From positions 27,218,001-27,282,000 of the forward strand of contig NC_083286.1 of assembly GCF_963506605.1 (NCBI RefSeq): a stretch of 64,000 bases of DNA, written 5' to 3'. This stretch comes from Zootoca vivipara (lineage: Eukaryota). Position numbers and translations under genes: made by a program. The number at the start of each line of letters is the position of its first letter. Positions within the stretch are counted from its first letter, which is position 1. Under the pieces are notes generated by a model. It was not told the DNA's origin. It worked only from the letters and a program-made list of their open reading frames with translations, and searched no databases. Positions 37,239 through 49,875 of the stretch are shown in pieces.

Positions 37239-39053
37239 TATTTATTTTATGTGGATCAAATGGTATCCTCCTATTTCAAACATGATATGGAAAGAGTGAA
37301 TAAAAATAAAACAGGAGTAGTACATCCTGTTCGGCATTTGAAAACCGTAAATTTGAAATTTACTGTAGACTATGTGTTTTAAAAAGAGGGATTGATCCAT
37401 TCATGTGTGTGGCGATCCATTCTGTGAACTGGACAATTTTTACCCTATCTTTTATCCACATATGGTGGTGTGAAAATTTTAAAGGTTATCTGATCTATGT
37501 GGTAAGTTGTTGAATGCAAATGGCTTATCCTGTGAGGACAGTGTCACAAAGATCAACTCTTAAAAAAAAGTCCTCATCTGATGGCCAGTATATTGAGACA
37601 AGTAGCCCTTGTTCATGGCACCAACATAGGAACAACTTTCCACAGCAATAGCGGAATGTTAATCATAAACTAAATGAAGGGTGGAGGTTTTGTGTGTATG
37701 AACATTTTTCTTTTCTTTCCTGAAAGTCTGTCCATTTTCATTCTGTGACAACAGGGTATTATTTGTTCAAAGGTATGCAAAAAAACCTTGATTTTTCAAC
37801 TTGTCACAAGTTCTTCTGAGGATGCAGTGGCAGCCAAAAACTAAGATATAAAGCATATAGGACAACCTGGAGGGGAAAAAAATTCACATTCATTTTGCCA
37901 TCAGTGACAGCTGTGAATTTCTGTTGTATAATACACAGTTCTTGGTTTGGTTTGGTTTTTTAAAAATAGATTCATATTGCACAAAAATGTGTTTTAAGAG
38001 CCAGAACAGATAGAGTATTTAATGATTTTCTGAGTGCTTAAAGCTGCAATCTAAGAGACAGTGGAGTAAATTGCATAACTGTCAGATCTTCAGTCACTGT
38101 GTCTCGTCTTCGGTCTTAGCTTCTAATACTTTCCAGCTTACAAACCAACCCTAAATGAGCCCCAGTGAGTTCAATGAGAACTCACTGCATTAGGCATGCA
38201 TAGAATTGTAGAATAAGATAAAAGGAAATACTTAGCAGCACAAGATGAAAGAATACATATAATTACAGGCAATATCTTCAACTTTGGCAATAGAATGTAC
38301 AAAATAGTACAAAATAATACATATGCAAGAGAGAAAACAAGATACTTTCTGAATCCACTTTAATTGTATTTCACGATCGGAAACACCTTTAAATGAAAAA
38401 GTCAGTGGCACTGCATTTAAAAACTAATGTTAAGAATGGTACCTGTGTGGAAAGTGGCAGATTCACATTCCCAAGGAAATCTGAAGGGTGATCCTCTAAG
38501 ACAGTAGTGCGGCAAACAACACAGAAGTTGTATTGTCACAGAAATATAGAAGGAAGATTGTAAGAGGTGGGTGAAAGTTCTGAATCATCAGCTTCCAACA
38601 GTCACATCCACCACATGTGCCTTCATACAGAGCAGTTCTTTACTGCGAAAGACGTTTTCGTAGAGCCTTCACACAGTGACGTGAATTGGGAGAGGATGCA
38701 TCCTGCCTGAGCGGATAGGAAAGTTAAGAACCAGGCTGCACTGAACCGATAAGGACATTTTAGCTCCTAGGGAGTTCTGCAATCACTTGTTCACCTTAAA
38801 AGTAACCCCTAACCTAAAGTACAGCAACTAGATCTTTTAGAGTAATCAAATGAAATTTTATTACGGATAATGACCAAAGTCTGCAATTTTATTGAGACAA
38901 GTTGTTTGTTGCTTACTGTCGTAACAAAATGTATCTTCTGTACCATGAAAAATAAATAAAAACATGGTTTGTAAAATAAAAAGTAGCCCCAAACTTCCCT
39001 CCTCCAGGAACGCTGGATCACAATGATGAAAATATTACTCATGTCTCAGGCTT

Positions 39054-39109
<56 letters not shown>
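39054..39109. repeat. (AAC)n microsatellite
   Basis: Direct reading. Confidence 0.95.
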
Positions 39110-39110
<1 letters not shown>

Positions 39111-39287
39111 TTATTTGTACCCTGCCCACCTGACTGGGCTTCCCCAGCCACTCGGGCTGCTACTGTTGCCCATGATCAAGGGTGGATTTTCACCCCCACC
39201 CACCCCAGTGCTTTATTTTTCTGATAAAACATCCTGTTTCCTAAATTCATTAGTAACAATGAATAGAGGCCAACTATAAATCCAATA

Positions 39288-39515
39288 CAGTGGTACCTCA
39301 GGTTAAGAACTTAATTTGTTCTGGAGGTCCGTTCTTAACCTGAAATTGTTCTTAACCTGAGGTACCACTTTAGCTAATGGGGCCTCCCGCTGCTGCACGA
39401 TTTCTGTTCTCATCCTGAAGCAAAGTTCTTAACCCGGGGTACTATTTCTGGGCTAGCGGAGTCTGTAACCCGAAGCGTCTATAACCTGAAGCATCTGTAA
39501 CCCGAGGTACCACTG
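39288..39515. mobile_element. Tigger/pogo-like MITE
   Basis: TIRs cagtggtacctcaggtta / taacccgaggtaccactg; TA flanks. Confidence 0.85.
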
Positions 39516-41539
39516 TACTAGACAAGTGTGGCATTTTCAAAGTTTTTTTTATTTGTTTATGAAATGCAATAAGCATGAGGAGCTTAGAGCACTCTCTAGG
39601 GGCATCAGAAAATGTTATGATGCAAATTATCCCAGAAAATTCACATCACTGACTATGACCTGCCAATCTTGTACAAGTCAAAGTGGTGTATAAACAGTAC
39701 AACTGAACTTTGTTTGAGAACGCACTCTCAGCCAAACATGCATATATAGGATCAGGCTGCAAAAGGCCTCCATTCATCCCAGTTAAACAATACTGCCCCA
39801 AGCAACATCAGAACCCCACACCTTTTGCAGACATAACCCCAGTGAGATGAATGGGCTTCATGCTATCACAGAAGCTTTGAAATATTTAATCTATGCAGTT
39901 CCCAGCACACAGATACAATCCTTATTCAGCCACAAGCAAGTGGAATCTGATTGCTCATAGAGGTGTGTAACTCGTAGCAGCGTCTGTGTAAATTGGCCAT
40001 AAAAACTCTCAGTACGGAGAGAGTGTAAAAGGATTTCAGTTGCAATGGGAGAAGGCCAGCTGTGGACACTTGCCAATGTCTATAGCAAATTCGATTAACT
40101 TGTGTTTCCCAGCTTTCATTCTTCCTGTGAGTCACCCTTCCTACTGCCAAGCAGACTCTTAGCTGGGAACACTCTGAGATTTGTGATGAACAAGGAAAGA
40201 ACTGCCTGGAAGTAAACATACTGGCACAGCATCCATAGAAGCATTGTGTTCAGAATAGAGAAATGTGAAGAGGGAGGGGAGAGAACCACCTAGTAGTGGT
40301 TTGAGATGCCAACTCCACTGCGATGCCATGGCAATCCTTACTGTTAATAACTAGATCTTACCCCTCTCTAGGGCAACCACCTGAAAGAAAGAAAGTGGGT
40401 TCTTCTCACTTGCACATGTTCATTTATTTGTATGCACATTTTAAAAAAGTTGTCCTCTGCCTAATATCCAGCTTTAACTAAAAATAAGCCAGATGGCTTA
40501 GATGCCAAAAGTCATGCAAGTGGGTTTATTGCATACTTATTAAAATGTAAAAAAACCCACAATGTGTGGGATTTATATAACGTGAAACACACAAGCATCC
40601 TTCCCAATTTACAAAGCTTTCGATAAATCTATGGAATAAGATAGGAAGTGGGGAGAAGTATTAAGTTGCCACTGAAATCATGTAAAGCTTAAAAGATACA
40701 TTGTGATAATCACAGAATTGTAGAATTGGGAGGTCATGTAGTTCAACCCCCTGCAATGCAGGAATCTTTTGCCTATGTGGGACTTGAACCCCCAAACCCT
40801 GAGATTAGGAGTCAAATGCTCTACTGACTGTGCTATAATAAAATAATGGGCACAATTATTTTTAAAAAAATCAAATCAAGTAATTTAGAAAAATGTATCA
40901 TGGCCATAATCCAGTCTCTCATTAGATTATCTTCACCCACTCCTGTGTGTGCTGTTTTGGGGTGAGGGGCTGTCCTTCTACTCACTTCCCCTTCTTTCTG
41001 ACAGTTTTACTACAAGCAGACAGCTGTGGGCAGCTAACAGCATTCAGGAAGTAGAGCCTGGATGACCATACTCATGGTCATTTGTATCCTGTGTATCTAC
41101 TTAAAGTAGACCACTGGAATTTAATGGGCATTATGATAAAGGATTCACTGCCTCCTGCTGTTTTTGCAGTACATTTTTAGAGTAATTGGCTAGAGTGGTT
41201 ATATAGCTAACACTGATCCACAACTTTGCTGTACTGTAAATTACAAGTGCCTAACAGTCAGGAGTAGCTCATACTCATTAGAGAATGCCCATATTTTTTT
41301 TGAAACACGAGCAAAGAAACCTGAGACCCTTATCGGTTTAGTTTAGCTCCTCGCGGCAAATGTAAATATAAAATTTCACCCATGCTACACAGCACTCTTA
41401 ACAATCAAGCTGCATAAATCTACCAGGTTAAATGCACTGTTTAAAATATCCCTGCTTCTTTGAATAGGTATCACTTTTCAAATAATATCACGACTGCAAG
41501 ATGTAGTACGTATGTAAACGGGAGTTACACAAATATATT

Positions 41540-42250
41540 ATTTGAAAGGCGTGCGACGGATCCACACGCTACGGAGTGATTTATTTCCATTTATACTTCA
41601 CAGCTTCGGAACCAGGCATTCTCCTCCCGCCGTACCCAATTTGGTAGCAAAGCTCAGAAAAACGTCGGCAATTAAAGACGATATAGCACTGATAACAACA
41701 ACCACTAGGCGGCGATCGACACAAAGTCTTCAAGCAGCGTAGCCTTATCGAGTAGGCAACACGCATGTGCACGAGCTTTATCTCCAAGCTCAGACTGGAA
41801 TACCCAGCAGTCACCGCGCTCCTTGAGACTACAACTCCCGAAGGTCCTTGCGCTGTCACCCCTTTCCCCCAGCCTCTCCGTCTCCCTTCCTCTCGCGCGT
41901 TTTATGTGGGCTTAGGGGGAAGGGAAGTGGCTTCTTGACGTCTACAAACCTGCTTAATGTGGCCTAACGCTGCAGCAGCAACCAAAGGGCGAGACCCACG
42001 AGTGAGGCGCCACCGCAAATCGCTAACTGAAGAACCGCTTTTGCTTCTCCACGGCGTCGGTACGTCATTAAAACGCGAAGGGAGAAATGCTATTGGACCG
42101 CGAGGTGTCACGTGATAGCGGCTGCACCACCTTTCCTAGATCTAGAACGCAGACCTAAATTCATGCTGGCAGAGGGAGCAGTCCATCCCCCCTGAGCGGA
42201 ACGTACTTCTGAGTCAATATGCAAAGGGCTGCGCTGTTAGGAAAGCCGTA
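41540..42250 (-). promoter_or_regulatory. CpG-rich promoter, probably of RFESD. Contains a ZNF143/SBS-like ACTACAACTCCC (41828-41839) and an E-box TCACGTGA (~42108-42115).
   Basis: CpG cluster about 5 kb upstream of the RFESD ATG exon, with housekeeping-promoter motifs and no credible ORF. Confidence 0.6.
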
Positions 42251-42864
42251 AAAGCGTTGGAAAAATAATAATAAAGAGACACCATATGGTAATGCCGTCA
42301 TATAATATAAAACTAAAATAAAACCTACATAAACTACCATATCTATATATATAAAAATGTAAAAGGTCCATGTTTGTGTTCTATGACGTTTCTCCACAAC
42401 TGCTTGACTGATTGCGTTGAAATTTGGACACGACGTCACATGCGAATATCCGAGGGTTTGTATACTGTTTGTGTGGACAGATGTCACACCTACGGCAGGT
42501 AAAGCAGGTAAAACCCACTGTTTCCGAACACAAAACTCAGTCGGGGATGCTGGGAGTACAGGAGAGGTTGCACAACAGTGGCCTCTACCAGCGGCTACAC
42601 TGGTACTGCGGGTAGGAAAGCTTTCCTCTCCACATCTCCGCTCGACTTTGCAGACTAGGCTGAGTAGCGGTGGGGGGTCTCATGGGTGGGGGATGGGGGA
42701 GGAGGGGGGAAAGGTCATGGGTCGGGACAGGCTGGGGCCAATCACAGGGATGAGCTACAGCAACGCATGGCCGGGCCAGCTAGTAGCATATATACAACAC
42801 AAAAAACAGCGACAATTTGTTGTTGGCAAAGGACAGCTGGACATAAAGGGCCCCATTACCTTCA

Positions 42865-42930
42865 GCCTGGCGTGCTCTGGTCCATGGGGTCACGAAGAGT
42901 CGGACACGACTAAACGACTAAACAACAACA
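42865..42930 (+). mobile_element. BovB 3' tail micro-insertion
   Basis: Near-identical to the BovB 3' end; flanked by direct repeat accttcag(c) at 42858 and 42931. Confidence 0.85.
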
Positions 42931-43460
42931 ACCTTCAGCAGCTTAAGGCCTCATCAAATCCAGCCCTGATCACACTTGAGGAGCAGCACAAAGGATGGGG
43001 GGCATGGGCATAGCAGGGACAGGGAGCAACTGCTCCCTCAAACAAACAAATCTAAAAGTAGAAATAATTAGAATGTTTGAAATTGAAATGCCCACTGAGG
43101 TCACTTGGATGATGCTGTGGTGCATTCTAGCAACGCAACTGGCAACCCGACTGAGGGATAGTGCTAGACAGAGTATGATGACAGGTGAGTGTCCTGCCCC
43201 CCCAACATATATCCAGGCTACGCCCATGGGTGGAGGAGTGGGTAGAAGAGGGGCTGTATCCCCTCCTCTGCAATCATGTGATGGTTGGGGCCAGAGGCAA
43301 AAGTGGGCAGAGCAACAGAGGTAACTCTTTAACTTTGTACAGTTGGCTACACTTCGGCCACATAAAAGCCAGATGTTTCCACATACCTGCACATCTCTCT
43401 CCATCCAGGCAAGCAAGAGGCATTGTCACAATTTAAGAACACGTGTCAGACATGCCCAAA

Positions 43461-43551
43461 CATAGCTGCCAAGTTTTCCCTTTTCTCGCGAGGAAGCCTA
43501 TTCAGCATAAGGGAAAATCCCTTAAAAAAAAGGGATAACTTGGCAGCTATG
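43461..43551. mobile_element. 91-bp hAT-type MITE
   Basis: TIR catagctgccaagtt / aacttggcagctatg; perfect 8-bp TSD tgcccaaa. Confidence 0.85.
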
Positions 43552-45430
43552 TGCCCAAAGCACTAGACAAGGGTACAGAGCACAGCTGATGGGGATGGAT
43601 GTGACCTGAGGACATGGCTTGTTGCCTGGGGAGGGGCCATAGGACCGGGCAGAGAGGCCTGAAGGACTGCATTCAACATCTGGGCTACTGGCTCCACAGC
43701 ACTATAGCAGCCATTATGGCTAGAAGCCATTGAGTTAAGATGGAATCAGACGTTTGCCTTCCAATCCAAACTCACTGATTACAAGTCGGCTTCACTGATT
43801 TCAGGCTCAACCTATATCAATGTTTTGAGGGTCAAAAATGAAATAGTAATATTAAAAAGTTGCCAAAAAATGAACAGAAAAAAGTAGCAGCAAATTTTAA
43901 AATAACAGAAGCAGCATTTTTGTTGTTTAAACAACAAGGAGTATTTCCAAATCTTTTTTTTTTTTTTGGATTATTTTCTTTATTTTAAGATGAAAACCTT
44001 GGATGCTTTCCTACCATTTCTGATTCATTTCTGATGGGGGCGTACTTATAAAGAAGTACCATCTGGTAGAAATCATATTAGAAATGCCTTGGTGTAGGAG
44101 AAAGGTTTATTCTTTGCAATGAAAACACAAGTGCATTCATGCAGTATTAATCTGTGGCCAACCTTTATGCCTTCCGACAAGATACAACTTTCCAGACTAC
44201 CAAGGCAAAGAATCGCTTTTGGTTGAACAGGATTTGTAAACAAGTTTAGTTGTGTATGTGTGTATGGGTTGTTTTAATTAATAAAAAAATAATGCCACAT
44301 AACACAATGACAGTCAATCAACCTCTTTGTGGTTCCCCCCCCAAGTGATTGAGCCACTCTCCCCAAAGACCTCTGTAAAGTCACCTGATCATTTAGGCTT
44401 TTTTTTGTTGTTCTTTAGGCATTTTAAAAAAAAATCAGGGGGACGGTAACTGCATTTATATCCCATCCTTTCTTTCACCATGGAATTTAAGACAGAATAC
44501 ATAGGCAGTCTTTCATCCAGGACTGAGCAGACTCAGACCTGCTTAGTTTGAGCAAGGTGGTAGCGCCTTAAAAAATAACATATTTCCTGTTTGATGAAGT
44601 GGGCTCTAGTTTACAAATATCTATGCCTCAATACATTTGTCAGCTGTCAATGTGCCACAAATTGTGGGTCTGCATCTTAGTTACCTTACTTCATTTGTTC
44701 CTATTCTCCAAGGGAAGAATGAAGAAGACCCTTTGCTGGTCTGATTTCCCCTTTCTACCAAGTTGGGGCAAAAGCTGTGAAAATACCACAGGAGCACTGT
44801 AGGAAGTAGGGAAATCAGGAGCAATAGTTTCTGGCTGTTTAATCTGCCTCGGTGAGTTGCACAGTTGTCAGCTATTTAACCGGCCACTATAGTTATGCCT
44901 AAAACAGCAGCTTGATGTCCAGACATCAGCTGATAAGTGTTGATGCTGCGAAAAGCTTAACAATTTCTGTACATCAAACTGCTGCAGGGGCACAAGACAA
45001 TTTTAGCGTTGATAAGGTTATGAAGAATATGCAGTCTGTTCTTGGTGGCGCCAATGGCAAGACTCCTGGAGTCCTGGGCTTTTACAATACAGTACAGCAG
45101 GATTTATTTGTGCTTCCCTTGCAACAGGTTTTCTAGCACATCCAAGCTAGATATGAACCCCTTTGAGAAAGCAACAGTGAATTGATGTGGCGATCCCTTT
45201 GGTTGAGTGAGAATTGAACGCCGGTATTTAGCTGCGAAAGGCGTGTGCTTTCGGGAGACGTCTGTGGAGAATGTGACAATGAAGAGACCCTGACTCCGCT
45301 CAAGACGACTGCAACCGTTGAATTGGAGGGGAGGGCGAGATGGGCTGCAGAGTGGGCAGAGCACACAGGCGCGATGGCTGCAGCCTGGTGCGCCCACCCA
45401 CGGTGAGTGACAGGTGACAGGCAGAGCCCC

Positions 45431-45437
45431 TATATAT
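45431..45437 (+). promoter_or_regulatory. TATA-like box upstream of GPR150
   Basis: TATATAT embedded in GC-rich sequence about 90 bp 5' of the ATG. Confidence 0.45.
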
Positions 45438-45523
45438 GCTGCCGAGGGCACCCTTGCACAATCCTCGCTGCTCCTTTCCCAGAGTAAAGTTCACCCCCAG
45501 TTGGGCGGGCGACGTCGGAAGGC

Positions 45524-46873
45524 ATGGAGGACTCGTTCAACCCGGACACCCTTGCCGTCGGACCCAACTTATCCGGCATCGCGATTCCCGGGTGGAACTT
45601 GAACTTTTCGTCCCACGGGGCTACTCTGGGGCAGCCTAGTGCGCGGACCCTGTCGGCGGGCGCGATCCTGCTGCTGGCGCTGGTGGGCAACGGCTTGCTC
45701 TTGCACAGGCTGCGCTGCGGAGGGTGCTGCTGCGGGTCCCGCTTCGGACGGCGGCGCAAGATGGATTTCCTGCTGGCGCACTTGGCCATCGCCGACCTCT
45801 ACGGATGCGGGCTGGTGCTGCTCTCCCAGCTTCCACCTGCCGATGTGGAGCCGGGGCAAACGGCGTGGCCTGCAGGGGACGCCACTTGCCGCCTCCTGTG
45901 GCTCCTGCAAGGCTCTGGGCTGCTGGCGCCCTCGCACATGCTCGTCCTGATCGCGATCGAGCGACACCACATGGTGAGGGGCCCCGCGCACCCGCCGCTC
46001 TCTTTCCTGCCCGCCCGAGGCGCTTTGGCTGCGCTAGGCTGGCTGCTGGCGCTGCTGCTCGCCTTGCCGCAAGCCTTCGTTTATCGGCTGGCGCCTCTCG
46101 AGTCCGGGGGTCGTTGCCTCAGCATCTTCGCACAGCGGCCCCGCTGGCACGGCCAGACCTACGCCGTGTACTGGGCAGTCGCGGGCTTCGTGGCGCCCGC
46201 CTGCCTCCTGGGCGGGACCTGCGGCCGCATCCTCAGCGCGCTCGGCGGCGCACCCGGCGCCAAGAACGACGACGACGCCGAGCCGTCGCGGGGGGCAGCG
46301 GGCAGCGCCCGCCATTACGGCGCGGAGCTTCCCGGCGCCTCTGCCGCTCCTCGCCCGCCTCCGCCGCTCTTGCTGCGGCTCCTGCCCCTCGCCAAGTGCG
46401 CGCTGCCCTCGCCGCCTGCGCCGCGGAGCCTGCCCCGCGCGCGGGCCCGGGCGCTGCAGCTGACGCTGGCGCTGGCCATGCTGTTCGTGCTCTGCGGCTT
46501 CCCGCGCTTTCTCCTAGAGCTCGCCTTGGCCTTCGCCTCCTCGGAGAGCAGCGGCGGCGCCACCGACGAAGCGCGGGCGGCCCTGGGGAGCATCATGGCG
46601 GCCACCAACAGCGCCCTCAACCCCTACGTGTGCCTCTTGTTCCACAGCCACGGCCCGTGGGCGCGGCGCCTCCAGCGCAGCCTGTGCCGCTGCCCCGACG
46701 GGCAGCCCCGACGGCGCGCTCGACACCGGCATCGCCCGCCGCCGCAAGCGGCTGCCGAGCGCCCTGGACGCTGGCTGTGCCCTTGCCAGACCAAGCCGCC
46801 CACCGTCTCCACGGTCGTCCACCTCGAGGAGGGTGAGACGCCGCTCTCTGCCGCTTGCGAAAGCGGCTTCTAA
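45524..46873 (+). CDS. GPR150: Orphan class A GPCR GPR150 (vasopressin/oxytocin-receptor-related), intronless, 449 aa
   Basis: Starts MEDSFNP...GWNLN; contains RRKMDFLLAHLAIADLY, LVLIAIERH, LPARGALAALGWLLALLLALP, AVAGFVAP, NSALNP and C-terminal CESGF, matching recalled GPR150. Seven hydrophobic segments, lies in a CpG island, and sits between RFESD and ARSK. Confidence 0.95.
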   Translation: MEDSFNPDTLAVGPNLSGIAIPGWNLNFSSHGATLGQPSARTLSAGAILLLALVGNGLLLHRLRCGGCCCGSRFGRRRKMDFLLAHLAIADLYGCGLVLLSQLPPADVEPGQTAWPAGDATCRLLWLLQGSGLLAPSHMLVLIAIERHHMVRGPAHPPLSFLPARGALAALGWLLALLLALPQAFVYRLAPLESGGRCLSIFAQRPRWHGQTYAVYWAVAGFVAPACLLGGTCGRILSALGGAPGAKNDDDAEPSRGAAGSARHYGAELPGASAAPRPPPPLLLRLLPLAKCALPSPPAPRSLPRARARALQLTLALAMLFVLCGFPRFLLELALAFASSESSGGATDEARAALGSIMAATNSALNPYVCLLFHSHGPWARRLQRSLCRCPDGQPRRRARHRHRPPPQAAAERPGRWLCPCQTKPPTVSTVVHLEEGETPLSAACESGF

Positions 46874-48620
46874 ACAGTTTCTTGTGGGATTGCAGGCACG
46901 GAAGGATTTTTGCAGTATCCCCAGGACGTCATCAACAAGCATTTTTGACTCATTCAACCCGGATATGTCCCTTTCCTGGAGAAATCCGATGTTTTAACAC
47001 CCACACACACCCCACGACCTCTGTTACCGCAATCTCCTGGGGATGTCTCAGCAGCCGATTTGCAGTAGTATCTGGACTGGGAAGCACCCAAGGAGGAAGA
47101 CAAAAAAGCAAAAGAGAACTGACAAATTATTATAATGCCCACCTCAAGCATACTAGGTGCTCTCTTCACACAATGTGTCACAGAACTTTGTTGTCCTTGG
47201 TTGTAAGAGGTTCTGGGGTGTAAGCTTCCCTGTGGGGTCCTCACTTGCTCAAATCTGGGAGACTCCCATCTTAACTCCGGAATTCTGAGGGCTGCTGCCT
47301 ACTCCAGTGTGGAAAACACACTCTGTACTTGCTCAAGAACTATCTTAATTAATACTTTACACTTCACAGCGCTGACCCGTCCCTGAAATTTGGCTGTGAA
47401 TCTGGAGCCCTTGTGACCCTTGCTTAGTTTAATCCATTATGAAGCCATGACCCTCTTCCAAATCAAGGAAACCCAGAAGGGCCAGGAGATTCCACTTGAC
47501 CATTTCAGATCTAGCTGCTATTTTAAGCCCTTGCTGGGAATGTAGGGACTTGTTTCCAAGTAAATGGGCTTAGCTTGGACATGGTAACAGCCAAATGTTT
47601 TAAACTTCCTGAAGTTTTGTTCAATTCATTGCACTCCATAACTTATGATGGGACTTACACAATGTGGTTTTAGCACAATCATTCTGTAAGGTTTGTCAAG
47701 AACAGGGTTCTGCATAATCTGTTGCTTTCACTCATCACAGCAGTTTTCAGGTGTGTTATTTTCAAATTCCATTGCCACAGATTTTGCCCCTTTTCAAGAG
47801 AAAGGGGCAAAAATAAGGACTGCTTTTGCTATGCAAACTGACCGTATATACTGTCTTTCTTAATTTTGTCATATTCCACACAATCAGTGCAAGTGAACTT
47901 AATATTAGACATTTTGTATATGAAGCATATGATAATTGACTTTTCTGTTCAGTATAATTGGTCTAATCAGCATATAAGCTGTAATGAAAGCTGCCAGTGA
48001 CCTGTGGGCAGAGGTTGAGAAAAATCAGCAGGTACAAAAATGTAACTTGCAAAACTGAAAGGCTTTTAAGAATGCTTTATGCAAATGTAGCTCTTTTCTA
48101 AGTGGGCATTAGTGGCAAGTATGCAAAAATATGTGGCCTTGTAACAGGCATAAATAAATGTCATATATAAGTACCCCTGACTGATAATCTACAATTGCAG
48201 TAGTTTCTAAAAGAGTATAATTGCTTTTACCTTTGATAGTTAATATTCTGTTCTCTTCTCACATAATAGTAGAGTTCATTCCAGCAGGTGGATTTTATTT
48301 TTTGCACAATTTGCTCTAGAAAAAAAGTGCAAGGAGTTGATAGAATGTCTATGTTCTGGGTACTCCACTCCCCTTTCACAGAAAAAGTCTGTTTCTCAGT
48401 AAAAAAGGTTGAAGCTTTTGTGCAGTTGGTCCCTTGCACACTATATAAAATGATATTTGGGTGTGCATGGGTACAATTTAGGAAATTAGCATTTATAAAC
48501 AAAAAAGAACCCAACAATTCCAGGACAAGCAAGGATGTATGCACAGGACACATGCAAGCAAACTGTAATAGAATAGAGGGAGTGAAGTAAAATGAAATGT
48601 AACAAGTGCTTGTCTGAATA

Positions 48621-48808
48621 CAGTGGTACCTCGGTTTAAGTACACAATTGGTTCCGGAAGTCTATACTTAACCTGAAGCGTACTTAACCTGAAGCAAACT
48701 TCCCCATTGAAAGTAATGGAAAGTGGATTAATCAGTTCCAGGCGGGTCCGCGGAGTACTTAAACTGAAAGTACTCAAACCGAAGCGTACTTAAACCGAGG
48801 TATGACTG
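48621..48808. mobile_element. Tigger/pogo-like MITE
   Basis: TIRs cagtggtacctcggtttaagtac / gtacttaaaccgaggtatgactg; TA flanks. Confidence 0.85.
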
Positions 48809-49823
48809 TATAGCCCAAGCTGTTCATTAATGCTGAAATGAATTCCAGCATCCTATCCTATTACTCCCTTCAGAGACAGCATCGCTTAAAGCAGTAATAG
48901 CTCTGTCCCACTAGCTTTCATTTTGGAAAAAACACACAAAGATGTTGTGTAGCTTGCGTAACAAAAGATTAACAAGTAGGAGCACACAAAAAAGGGGCAC
49001 ACTTCATCATTAACCCATGACAGAAGTTCTGTTGTTCAGGATTTCCAAGCCAACTGCAACAGGAGCTGGTGGTGCTGTCTGCAGTTTGCAGGGGAATGTC
49101 AGCCTCAAATGCAAGCATTTTCTGAGAGTAATGGTATATTTCTGCAGTAGGAAAAGGCAAAACTCGTTTTTCCTTTTCCTTCAGAGCCCACCTCCCCCAA
49201 ACTCTGCAATGCTAGGATTCCTGCTGAAACCCTTTAATGCTGGGAGAGGAGTTTGGGGCTGTTGTTTTTAATTTCATAAGGCAATCTCAAATGGGTAGCA
49301 TACTGGCAGCCAATACAGTTCTTACAGCTCAAGGGTGTTACATGCTGATGCTAGGCTGCTCCAGTCATGAGACTGGCCACTGTATTCTGCTCCAGCTGCT
49401 GCTTCAACCTCAGCCTCCACATGTAGGTCTTGGAGGCTATTGAGCACAGGTTCATAGCAGGATACTTTTGCTTAATCTAATTTTAATGTACAAACTAAAA
49501 CACTTCTGCTTGCCTGGGGAGTTCCCAAAGTATATACCGGTATATAAAACCCCCCACTACCTTGTTTTTGGACGGCTCCTTTTAGCTTGCTAACTGATAG
49601 GCATGGGGCCACTCGTGTTCAGCATTTGAGGGAAATGTGATGAGATTTGCCTACACAAATACCACCTTTCTTCGTTTTAAACTTCACCTCTCAGTTCCAA
49701 TACATGGGGTTTTTGTGGGGGCAGGGAGAGATTAAGACAATAGTTTTTCCCACAGCACTAGAGAGCAGATCCAAATTATTCTGAGTTTCTTCTTATTCTT
49801 TGCATTTGCTTGAAGGGGACTAG

Positions 49824-49824
<1 letters not shown>

Positions 49825-49874
<50 letters not shown>
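49825..49874. repeat. (TG)n microsatellite
   Basis: Direct reading. Confidence 0.95.

Positions 49875-49875
<1 letters not shown>

Noticed and set aside
42417-43436. 198-aa and neighbouring ORFs between RFESD and GPR150
   Set aside because: They run through a BovB tail and other repeat fragments; no recognisable domain or splice structure.
45724-46836. 370-aa alternative-frame ORF and several antisense ORFs overlapping GPR150
   Set aside because: Low-complexity Ala/Arg/Pro/Gly sequence expected from very high GC content and stop-codon scarcity; no motifs.
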